This document shows positions 18,516-24,931 of a stretch of DNA of 59,358 bases, piece after piece. Below the pieces are notes generated by a model. The model did no database searches. It saw only the letters and a program-made list of their open reading frames with translations, and was not told the origin of the DNA. The stretch lies in assembly GCA_964249675.1 (NCBI GenBank), contig CAXUCZ010000001.1:1-59358 (forward strand). The letters run 5' to 3'. Position 1 is the stretch's first letter, and each line of letters starts with the position of its first letter. The position numbers were made by a program, and so were the translations under genes. This DNA comes from an uncultured Acetobacteraceae bacterium (GTDB lineage: Bacteria; Pseudomonadota; Alphaproteobacteria; Acetobacterales; Acetobacteraceae).

Positions 18516-18793
18516 CCGTGCACCATGGCATCTTGCAGCAACTGGTTCAGCACGCCGACCGGTAGCTTCATCTTCAGGCGCGACGCGAGCGACAGGAACA
18601 GCAGGCGCGACGCATAGGTGTTGCGATGTTCGGCGTCGTAGGCTTCGACGATGCTGATCGCGAGGTCATGCACGTGGCGGGCGTTCATGCCCTCCTGGCT
18701 GTCATCGCCCGGCCAGTGCAGCCCGTCGGCGTCGATCTCGTTGTCCGCGCCGTGCTCGCGGTAGCTACTCGGTGCCGTCTCGCTCACGACCAT
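18512..18793 (-). CDS. hypothetical protein
   Basis: Internal ATG 18793 (MVVSETAPSS...). The listed longer form has an R-rich N-extension. Confidence 0.5.
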   Translation of the reverse strand: MVVSETAPSSYREHGADNEIDADGLHWPGDDSQEGMNARHVHDLAISIVEAYDAEHRNTYASRLLFLSLASRLKMKLPVGVLNQLLQDAMVHG

Positions 18794-19139
18794 CCTCGCC
18801 CAGCAGTTGCTTGTAGAAGGCCCTCGCCACGGAACGAGGCAGCGCCTTGCCGGTGGCTGCCGCCAGCTTCGCCGCCGCGTCGATGCGCTCGCTAATTGGT
18901 GCCACGGGAGCCGGTGGCGGGGCAACATCTTTCACGACGCTAGGGATTGTTGCCAATGGCTCGGGGACCAGTCCGCGTGGTTCGTTGCGCTCGACCTGGA
19001 TCGCCGTGATGATCGCCCGGCCCAACCACTCGCCCTGGCTCATCTGGTTGCGCGCCGCAGCATTGATCGCCGCGTTGCGGGCTTCGGGGGAGACCCCCTT
19101 GATGGTCCACGGCTTGATCTGGTCTGTCTCGTCGGCCAT
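18765..19139 (-). CDS. small putative DNA-binding / regulatory protein (RHH-like guess)
   Basis: N-terminus KPWTIKGVSPEARNAAINAAARNQMSQGEWLGRAI. GAGGAGG SD. First gene of the minus-strand accessory operon. Confidence 0.45.
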   Translation of the reverse strand: MADETDQIKPWTIKGVSPEARNAAINAAARNQMSQGEWLGRAIITAIQVERNEPRGLVPEPLATIPSVVKDVAPPPAPVAPISERIDAAAKLAAATGKALPRSVARAFYKQLLGEDGRERDGTE

Positions 19140-19261
19140 AAAGTCCTACCTCCTCGCTCAAGGAAGTCGGACTTTGGGCGCTCATGGTCAGACCGTCAAG
19201 TCGCCCCGATCGTAGGGTTTGATGGTAATAGCGCGTTAAAAACCGATCTACGCTCTTGTTT

Positions 19262-19612
19262 CTAAGACACCTTGGAGCGCGGTTGCGCGGGTGCTGTCAG
19301 GCTACCGGCGCGTTCCAGCAGGTCGCGGATCAACGCCATCTTGTCTGCCTCGGTATGCGACCGCTTGTCACGCGAGGCGATCTGCTCGGCCTCGGTGAAC
19401 GCCGCGCGCCAGAGCGCCATGTCGCGCCGGCACTGCTCGAAATTCTGGACGTCGATCTGCATCCGTTTGGTCCGTCCGCCCGTAACCCTCCTGGACCTTG
19501 GCCGGCAGTGGCCCCTGGAGGGCTGGCAGCCCTGATCTTCGCCGGACGCCTGGGACGTGTCGTTCGCGGGCGTGTTGGGTCGAAGGGTAACGATCTCGCA
19601 GCCATTGGACAT
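19262..19612 (-). CDS. hypothetical protein (weak)
   Basis: 116-aa ORF. Only the C-terminal 66 aa (MQIDVQNFEQC...) look protein-like. Confidence 0.35.
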   Translation of the reverse strand: MSNGCEIVTLRPNTPANDTSQASGEDQGCQPSRGHCRPRSRRVTGGRTKRMQIDVQNFEQCRRDMALWRAAFTEAEQIASRDKRSHTEADKMALIRDLLERAGSLTAPAQPRSKVS

Positions 19613-19764
19613 CAGGTAGCCCCGCCTCTTAACGAACGAATGGACACAACTTTCCTACCGCCGCTGGAGTGCCTTTCGCAACCAGTATAGCGTTTTGTTG
19701 GAAAGCGATGTCCCGGCAGGCCGGTTCGGGGCCTGCGGCTCACTAAGTTGTTAGTTACATGACG

Positions 19765-20187
19765 TTACGCGGCGACGGTCTCCCCGATGCGGCGGAAGGG
19801 CTTGGCGAGCTGCTGCAGCGCCGGCCCCGGCCTGTAGAACATGCGCCGCACGATGGTCTCCACCCGATTGCGAGGAGCCGTGCTGGGCGCGAGCTGGTGT
19901 TCAATCGTGATCATGTTGCGCATGAGCGCGACGTTGATCGCGTCGTCCAAAGTAAAGACCGAGCAACCGACTGCTCGCGATACCGCGGTTCGATGCGGAT
20001 ACGGTTCGTTTATCCAATCTAGCTGACATATCAGAGCAAGCAAGCGCGCAGCCTTTATGGGCGGACGTCGCGAGTCATAGTGAGTGACGATGTAGTCCTC
20101 GATTTGATCCGCCAAGTCTTGGTTTATAGTAGGCAGATTAACCTCGCTTAATTGTCTTGTAGTATCCCTGAGTGTTGCATTGGGCAT
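19765..20187 (-). CDS. putative HTH DNA-binding protein in a low-GC islet
   Basis: ATG 20187 behind AGGAG (MPNATLRDTT...). HTH-like RTAVSRAVGCSVFTLDDAINVAL. Confidence 0.5.
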   Translation of the reverse strand: MPNATLRDTTRQLSEVNLPTINQDLADQIEDYIVTHYDSRRPPIKAARLLALICQLDWINEPYPHRTAVSRAVGCSVFTLDDAINVALMRNMITIEHQLAPSTAPRNRVETIVRRMFYRPGPALQQLAKPFRRIGETVAA

Positions 20188-20330
20188 CTCCAAGCTCCTG
20201 TAATGCCACGCGCGCGTCGTGCTGCGCACCTTTGCGCACGTGTCGCACCCTAACACGATGACTACGTGCAGGTTCAATATCGGATGTCATAGGAGCTAGG
20301 AATATGCACCGCAGTTGCAAATCGGTTTTG

Positions 20331-20375
20331 CACAAAAAGAGTGGCCCGTTTGCACAGGCCACCCGTTTTTGTTGT
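20331..20375. terminator. bidirectional intrinsic terminator
   Basis: Stem GTGGCC (20341-46) / GGCCAC (20357-62) with T-runs on both strands (CCGTTTTTGTTG on +, TCTTTTTGTG on -). Confidence 0.5.
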
Positions 20376-20397
20376 TTCATGTCAGCGTCTAGACAAA

Positions 20398-20410
20398 CAC
20401 TACAGTAGTA
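20398..20410. promoter_or_regulatory. palindromic copy CACTACAGTAGTA
   Basis: Intergenic, 13 bp from copy 20423..20438. Orientation ambiguous. Confidence 0.6.
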
Positions 20411-20422
20411 TATTGGCGTGAT

Positions 20423-20438
20423 GCCTACCGTAGTGAAT
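20423..20438 (-). promoter_or_regulatory. class I element ATTCACTACGGTAGGC
   Basis: Intergenic between 20445..20903 and the terminator. Confidence 0.7.
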
Positions 20439-20444
20439 GTTTAA

Positions 20445-20903
20445 TCACAGCAGTGTCGGAACCTCACCGGCTTCGATTGCATCCAGGATGTCGCTCTTTC
20501 CTGGGTTGGCGTGCAGGTCGAGCATCAGCAGCACGGCCTTGGCCAGGTCGTTCACACTCGCATAGCTGAGGCCACGCGAGGCGAAGTCGTGCGCCATGCC
20601 GAGGCGCGGATCGGGGGACTGCGGCGCCTCGAGATCGGTGGGTGCCGCGGGGGCGTTCGGAACCAGCGCGGAGGCGGCGGTGGTGGCTTCCCCGAGTGCG
20701 GGCTGGTTGGGGGTGGCGGACTGGGTGGTCTGCTCGGTCGGACCTGCATTGGCTTCCTCGATCTGCTTGGCAGTCAGCGGGGTCGCGGGTGCATCGGAGT
20801 GCCCGAGCTTGGGGTTGGCGTCGCCCGGCTTGGCGACGGGTTGCGCGGTGGCGGCTGCCTGGTTGTCCTCGGCGTCGCCGTTCTGGTGCTTCTTGGTGGC
20901 CAT
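20445..20903 (-). CDS. hypothetical acidic/low-complexity protein
   Basis: ATG 20903 (MATKKHQNGDAED...) behind AAGGAA. The listed longer start runs through the element. Confidence 0.6.
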   Translation of the reverse strand: MATKKHQNGDAEDNQAAATAQPVAKPGDANPKLGHSDAPATPLTAKQIEEANAGPTEQTTQSATPNQPALGEATTAASALVPNAPAAPTDLEAPQSPDPRLGMAHDFASRGLSYASVNDLAKAVLLMLDLHANPGKSDILDAIEAGEVPTLL

Positions 20904-20945
20904 GATCTGCGGGGTTCCTTGCCGGTGATCGGCGGTCCTTTGTAG

Positions 20946-20961
20946 CACTACCGTAGTGATT
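20946..20961 (-). promoter_or_regulatory. class I element AATCACTACGGTAGTG
   Basis: 42 nt upstream of ATG 20903. Divergent partner of 21106..21121. Confidence 0.75.
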
Positions 20962-21105
20962 GTCGAAAGAGTTTCAAAATTGAAGCTCGTGGGAGCGACG
21001 AACCTAACGGCGGGCGGCGGGTGGGGGGGCCTGGGCCAGCACTCCCCCGCGGGTGCGGGGCCGCGCGCACATGCACGCAGGTTCATCTCTGCAACGTCGG
21101 CAATC

Positions 21106-21121
21106 AATCACTACCGTCGTG
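21106..21121 (+). promoter_or_regulatory. element variant AATCACTACCGTCGTG
   Basis: Heads the ORF-poor leader 21122..21382. Confidence 0.65.
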
Positions 21122-21382
21122 GTTTAGACCAAGCCACTAGGTCAGGAGCCGCCTACCACGCTCCGCTCCATCAGGACCGCGAAGCACCGCGGATCAGGCT
21201 AGTGCAAGTCCAGCTAGAGCGAGACCCGGTGATCCCGAGGCGGCTGGATGATGAGGATGCGGGGTAGCAACCGCTCTTGCCGACTACAGTCGGGGTAATG
21301 TTATTCCCCGCACCAACAATCCCGCAAGGGATTGCTTGGTAAGCCACGCACCCACAACCCGCGTGGCTTACGGAGCGATCTT
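21122..21382 (+). ncRNA. candidate structured leader / ncRNA
   Basis: No credible ORF. Hairpins: CCGCG-aagcac-CGCGG, GGAGC..GCTCC, GCGGGG..(CCGACtacaGTCGG)..CCCCGC, AUCCC-GCAA-GGGAU, AAGCCACGC..GCGTGGCTT. Possible long-range AGCCGCC/GGCGGCT pairing. Confidence 0.35.
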
Positions 21383-21562
21383 ATGAAGCTCGGTGAGAAA
21401 TACCCAGACTCCACCACGCTGATTGCCAGCCAATACACTCTGGCAAACAACCACAGCTACAAGAGCCCACAGCGTGCCCAGGCGCCAGGCTTCCAGAAGT
21501 CCGGCGTGACCATCACCAACAAAGGCGACATCGGCCATGCTGTATCTGATCGGTATCGTTAA
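21383..21562 (+). CDS. small hypothetical protein
   Basis: ATG 21383 behind GGAG. GC-rich third positions favour this frame over the antisense 21368..21592. Confidence 0.4.
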   Translation: MKLGEKYPDSTTLIASQYTLANNHSYKSPQRAQAPGFQKSGVTITNKGDIGHAVSDRYR

Positions 21563-21629
21563 GACCGAGCCAGCATGGCTGGGACGGTTCATGGACTACA
21601 TCGTATCCAAGGGTTTCTGAGTCACCATC

Positions 21630-21645
21630 AATCACTACAGTAGGG
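21630..21645 (+). promoter_or_regulatory. class I element AATCACTACAGTAGGG
   Basis: 12 nt upstream of ATG 21658. Confidence 0.8.
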
Positions 21646-21657
21646 AATACCAACATC

Positions 21658-22533
21658 ATGGCCAAGAAGTCGCCGGGTCTCGACGAGGCCCGCGTTACCG
21701 CGATCGCCGATCGCATCGCCGCCACGTTCGGTGCGGTGCTCAGCGCCAAGGACGATGCCGACACGGCACGCCAGGCCGCGCAGGACGCCGCACAGGGCAA
21801 CGTGGGCACCCGAGAGGGAGTATTGGAAGCTTTGGCGCAGGAAGCCGTCCAGGGCGCCTGGAGCGAGGCCGAGATACGCGTCGCTTCCAAGCTCAGCGTG
21901 TCGCGGCGCAACGACCAGTCCACCGCCAAGACGCTCGGCACCTTCGTGTCCGAGGCGCGCCGCGTGATGCAGCCCAGCGTGGCGCCGCACATGTCCGAGT
22001 TCATACGACTGCGTGATGCAGTGTGGGATTTCGAGGAACAGCTGCCCAAGGACCAACGTTCGGTTCGCGGCACCTATGCTCGCAAATACCACGCACTGTT
22101 GTCAGGGCTTGTCGGCGCTCACGAGGCCGGCACCTGGATCACCACGGTCGACGGTTTCGTGGCTCATGCAGTGGCCAATCATCCGAGCAAGTCGGCATCC
22201 AAGGTCGCGGCGCGCATCGAGAGCATCCGTGACGAGCTGGCTGCGATAGCGGCTGGTTTCCCGAGCCCGGATCTCGAGGCGGCGATCACGCATCTGGCGT
22301 GTGTGACCGAAGCGGTCCTGGTGGCATCGAGCACCGGATCTGGCAACGGATCTGGCAACGAACGGCCAGAAACACCGGTCGTTGCCACAAGAGAATCACC
22401 GGTCCCATCAACTACAGTGCCGGAGATTCTCAGCTACAACCATCAGGAACCGCAAGTGCCTGAAATCGCACAGTTCGTTCCCGAGATGGATGGCTGGGAT
22501 GAGGTGCTGAGCAGCCTCGCGGTGGCTGCCTGA
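21658..22533 (+). CDS. hypothetical early protein
   Basis: 291 aa, followed by a strong terminator and the iteron region. Replication or partition role is speculative. Confidence 0.75.
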   Translation: MAKKSPGLDEARVTAIADRIAATFGAVLSAKDDADTARQAAQDAAQGNVGTREGVLEALAQEAVQGAWSEAEIRVASKLSVSRRNDQSTAKTLGTFVSEARRVMQPSVAPHMSEFIRLRDAVWDFEEQLPKDQRSVRGTYARKYHALLSGLVGAHEAGTWITTVDGFVAHAVANHPSKSASKVAARIESIRDELAAIAAGFPSPDLEAAITHLACVTEAVLVASSTGSGNGSGNERPETPVVATRESPVPSTTVPEILSYNHQEPQVPEIAQFVPEMDGWDEVLSSLAVAA

Positions 22534-22552
22534 TACGGTTTGTTACTGCCAT

Positions 22553-22590
22553 TTGGCGGCTGGGTGTATCTCAGCCGCCAAGTTTCTTTT
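22553..22590 (+). terminator. rho-independent terminator
   Basis: 10-bp stem TTGGCGGCTG / CAGCCGCCAA, 9-nt loop, then GTTTCTTTTCT. Confidence 0.8.
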
Positions 22591-22672
22591 CTACAACAGT
22601 GCGTAATTGTGTAAGTCATTGATATATATAACGTTAGCAAGAACTTATCCATCTAGATGCAACGATCTCGGC

Positions 22673-22684
22673 GCGTTGCTAGAT
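22673..22684 (+). repeat. iteron GCGTTGCTAGAT
   Basis: Exact 12-mer, copy 1. Confidence 0.85.
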
Positions 22685-22734
22685 GGAGGCCCGATATAAC
22701 ATATACATATCAATAACTTATAACTTAACTAGTA

Positions 22735-22754
22735 ATCTAGCAATCTAGCAATGC
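22735..22754 (-). repeat. inverted double iteron GCATTGCTAGATTGCTAGAT
   Basis: Reverse complement matches 22848..22865 at 17 of 18 positions. Confidence 0.85.
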
Positions 22755-22847
22755 GTTCTGGAGGATGGACGCAAAGTTTTTGAACCCCGCAGCGGGGCGG
22801 ACGCGCGCACGCGCCGCCACGCCGTTTCGTGGTCTTATCCTGGAAAC

Positions 22848-22865
22848 GCGTTGCTAGATTGCTAG
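22848..22865 (+). repeat. double iteron GCGTTGCTAGATTGCTAG
   Basis: Exact 12-mer plus an overlapping second TTGCTAG. Confidence 0.85.
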
Positions 22866-22907
22866 TTGTGTTAAGCCCATGAAACTAAACACTTTTTCCA
22901 AAAAAAC

Positions 22908-22919
22908 GCGTTGCTAGAT
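22908..22919 (+). repeat. iteron GCGTTGCTAGAT
   Basis: Exact 12-mer, copy 3, preceded by AAAAAAC as at 22848. Confidence 0.85.
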
Positions 22920-23003
22920 GACTGCTAACCACATTACTAGTTAGTGAATTGTCACAGCAATATACCTATGTATCAAAAACTATATCGAATAATAGGTAAA
23001 CCC

Positions 23004-23435
23004 ATGGCTCGTGAGACATTCCCATACTCTATGGATCGTAAACTGATCCGGGATTTCCTGCGCCGGGACGCCACGGCACGCGCAAGCACCGATCATGTGG
23101 CCATGGCGTCGACCCCGGACGGGCTCGCGCTGCGCCTCGTGGACAGCGGCTCAACGGTTGCATGGTTCGCACCGGACGGCACACTACAGTGCATGGTCTC
23201 GTCGGCCTTCGACGGGCTGAGCACCATGCGTCTGATCAACTATATCTGTGAGACGCTGGGGCTAGCTGACCGCGTCGAGATGATCACCGGTCGCGCGCTC
23301 GTCTTCACCTCGCCGCCCACGCCGCGCGAACTATTCCAGTGGCAGGGCTATGATCTGCGTCCCGGCCAGCCGTTCGTGGTGACCGGCCCACTTACAATCC
23401 AGGCATGGCGCGCGGCCAATCCCGCCGCCGAATGA
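23004..23435 (+). CDS. hypothetical early protein
   Basis: ATG 23004 (MARETFPYSMD...). The listed upstream start lies in the AT-rich spacer. Confidence 0.65.
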   Translation: MARETFPYSMDRKLIRDFLRRDATARASTDHVAMASTPDGLALRLVDSGSTVAWFAPDGTLQCMVSSAFDGLSTMRLINYICETLGLADRVEMITGRALVFTSPPTPRELFQWQGYDLRPGQPFVVTGPLTIQAWRAANPAAE

Positions 23436-23487
23436 TCTTTTTGCGTGTTTTTCTGTGGCGCCGCCGCGCGCCCTATGTTCCACTATC

Positions 23488-23503
23488 AATCACTACCGTA
23501 GGG
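23488..23503 (+). promoter_or_regulatory. class I element AATCACTACCGTAGGG
   Basis: 9 nt upstream of ATG 23513. Confidence 0.8.
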
Positions 23504-23512
23504 TAAATCATC

Positions 23513-23695
23513 ATGGACCATGATCCACGCGGCCAACACGATCTCCTGGTCGGTCTCACCTCGGGTCTCCTGTGCATGGCGCTCGGCATCTGGATGCTGT
23601 TCTTCTCGCCGGACGCCGATGCCTGGGCCGCGTTCGTGGCCAGCCTGCGCGACACGCCGCATCAGGCCATCCTGTTCGCGGGCATCAAGCCCTGA
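23513..23695 (+). CDS. small membrane protein
   Basis: 60 aa. TM segment LLVGLTSGLLCMALGIWMLFF. Confidence 0.6.
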   Translation: MDHDPRGQHDLLVGLTSGLLCMALGIWMLFFSPDADAWAAFVASLRDTPHQAILFAGIKP

Positions 23696-23765
23696 ATGCT
23701 TTGACCGTCATCTCGCCAGCGTCCGGGCTGCGCCCGGCTTGCTCGTGACATGCCTCGTAGGAACC

Positions 23766-23781
23766 ATCCACTACCGTAGGG
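23766..23781 (+). promoter_or_regulatory. class I element ATCCACTACCGTAGGG
   Basis: 9 nt upstream of ATG 23791. Confidence 0.8.
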
Positions 23782-23790
23782 ACAATCATC

Positions 23791-24234
23791 ATGAGTCGCA
23801 AGATCTCTGCGGCCGCGGCGCAGGCTTTCGTGAGCGGCTACTGCATGACCGAGCGCAACAACACCCGCGTCGAGATCGGCATGAACGGCACCGAGCTGCG
23901 CCTGCACGGCAACCTGATCGCCTGGCACGAGCCGAACGGATCGGTGCGCGCGTCGCTGTGCGGCTGGGGCACCATCACCACCCGCGACCGGCTGAACGCG
24001 CTCTGCCGGGCACTGCATCAGTCGAGCTGGTTCTATCAGTGCGACGGCGAGCAGTATTGTAACGGATACCGGGTCGACGAGTGGGAAAGCGTCGAGCTGA
24101 AGGCCGGCCTTGGCCCACTGACCCTGCTCGCGATACAGGCCGAGCTGGAGGCGATCGAGGCCGGCATGATGGATGCGGGCGAGCACGCCCATCCACCGGG
24201 CTCCGAGCACACCAGCCTGTCAGTATGTCTTTGA
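23791..24234 (+). CDS. hypothetical early protein
   Basis: 147-aa ORF right behind the element. Confidence 0.7.
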   Translation: MSRKISAAAAQAFVSGYCMTERNNTRVEIGMNGTELRLHGNLIAWHEPNGSVRASLCGWGTITTRDRLNALCRALHQSSWFYQCDGEQYCNGYRVDEWESVELKAGLGPLTLLAIQAELEAIEAGMMDAGEHAHPPGSEHTSLSVCL

Positions 24235-24298
24235 TGCTCATCTCGCTGGCGTCGTGACGCTCTGCGTCCCGCTGGCTCGTGAGCTGCACCCCGCTACC

Positions 24299-24314
24299 AT
24301 TCACTACTGTAGGG
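24299..24314 (+). promoter_or_regulatory. class I element ATTCACTACTGTAGGG
   Basis: 10 nt upstream of ATG 24325. Shares the 20-mer GCTACCATTCACTACTGTAG with 24876..24895. Confidence 0.8.
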
Positions 24315-24324
24315 ATATATTTCT

Positions 24325-24582
24325 ATGACGTGTGAAGTCGAGAACTTGTCAACCGAACACCTGCGTATCGAGTGCAACCGCGACACCGGCTGCGACGACG
24401 CGGTGATCATCAATGCCAACGGTCTCGAGATGATCGAGGGCGTGACCTATAACCAGATCGAATATCTCGAGCACGCCACCCGCGTGTTGCAGGATCGCTT
24501 CTCGCCGGCAGCGCGGCTGCTGCGCGACATCGTGGTTGCACTAGGCCGCAACGAGGTCGTGGTGATCAAGGGAGTTGCGTGA
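24325..24582 (+). CDS. hypothetical early protein
   Basis: 85-aa ORF. Confidence 0.65.
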   Translation: MTCEVENLSTEHLRIECNRDTGCDDAVIINANGLEMIEGVTYNQIEYLEHATRVLQDRFSPAARLLRDIVVALGRNEVVVIKGVA

Positions 24583-24583
24583 C

Positions 24584-24847
24584 ATGATCGAGATGATGTC
24601 GCCCGACGGGTGCAGGATCAAAGGAACGCTCGACATCATACCGGCGGTCGCTGTCGGCACGCCCATGCTGCGATCCGACGGCAAGATCGACGTCGAGTAT
24701 TGCGACCAGACCGACGTCGACTACAACGGTCAGCGCAACGTCGAGCGCTTCAATTTCAAGACGGGCTCCATTGAGCGCGTGTTTCTCGACGACGACGGCC
24801 ACGAATGGCTCGAGAGCGAGCTGGTGCCAGTGCCCGACGCCGAATGA
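24584..24847 (+). CDS. hypothetical early protein
   Basis: ATG 24584 behind AGGGAG (MIEMMSPDG...). The listed start is TTG 24575. Confidence 0.6.
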   Translation: MIEMMSPDGCRIKGTLDIIPAVAVGTPMLRSDGKIDVEYCDQTDVDYNGQRNVERFNFKTGSIERVFLDDDGHEWLESELVPVPDAE

Positions 24848-24880
24848 TCTTTTGACGGCTTTTCACCAATTCGTGCTACC

Positions 24881-24896
24881 ATTCACTACTGTAGTG
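24881..24896 (+). promoter_or_regulatory. class I element ATTCACTACTGTAGTG
   Basis: 35 nt upstream of ATG 24932. Confidence 0.75.
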
Positions 24897-24931
24897 TAAT
24901 ATACTCCAGCAACGAGAGAGCGAGCCTCACC

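Larger units (their letters stand above)
20331..20422 (-). ncRNA. candidate short transcript (element to terminator, about 90 nt)
   Basis: Class I element 20423..20438 is followed on the - strand by a second palindrome and then the terminator. Valid only if the element is a promoter. Confidence 0.25.
22620..22945. other. AT-rich iteron region: candidate replication origin or partition/operator site
   Basis: Sharp GC drop, ATATATA and ATAACTTATAACTTAAC tracts. GCGTTGCTAGAT three times direct plus an inverted double copy. GC hairpin CCCCGCaGCGGGG in the centre. Confidence 0.5.

Noticed and set aside
19716-19736. Hairpin GCAGGCC-ggttcgg-GGCCTGC downstream of gene 19765..20187 as a terminator
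   Set aside because: The 7-bp stem is good, but there is no adjacent T-run on either strand.
20138-20380. ORF 20138..20380(-), MKQQKRVACANGPLF...
   Set aside because: It starts within the element-terminator interval, is translated through the terminator hairpin, and overlaps the better-supported start of 19765..20187.
21368-21592. Minus-strand ORF 21368..21592 opposite the small + ORF
   Set aside because: It has no SD and would be transcribed against the surrounding + units. Third-position GC favours the + frame. Both are low confidence.
22841-22856. Sigma54-type promoter TGGAAACGCGTTGCT inside the iteron region
   Set aside because: The GG-to-GC spacing is 9 nt rather than the canonical 10, and only one of the iterons has the TGG.
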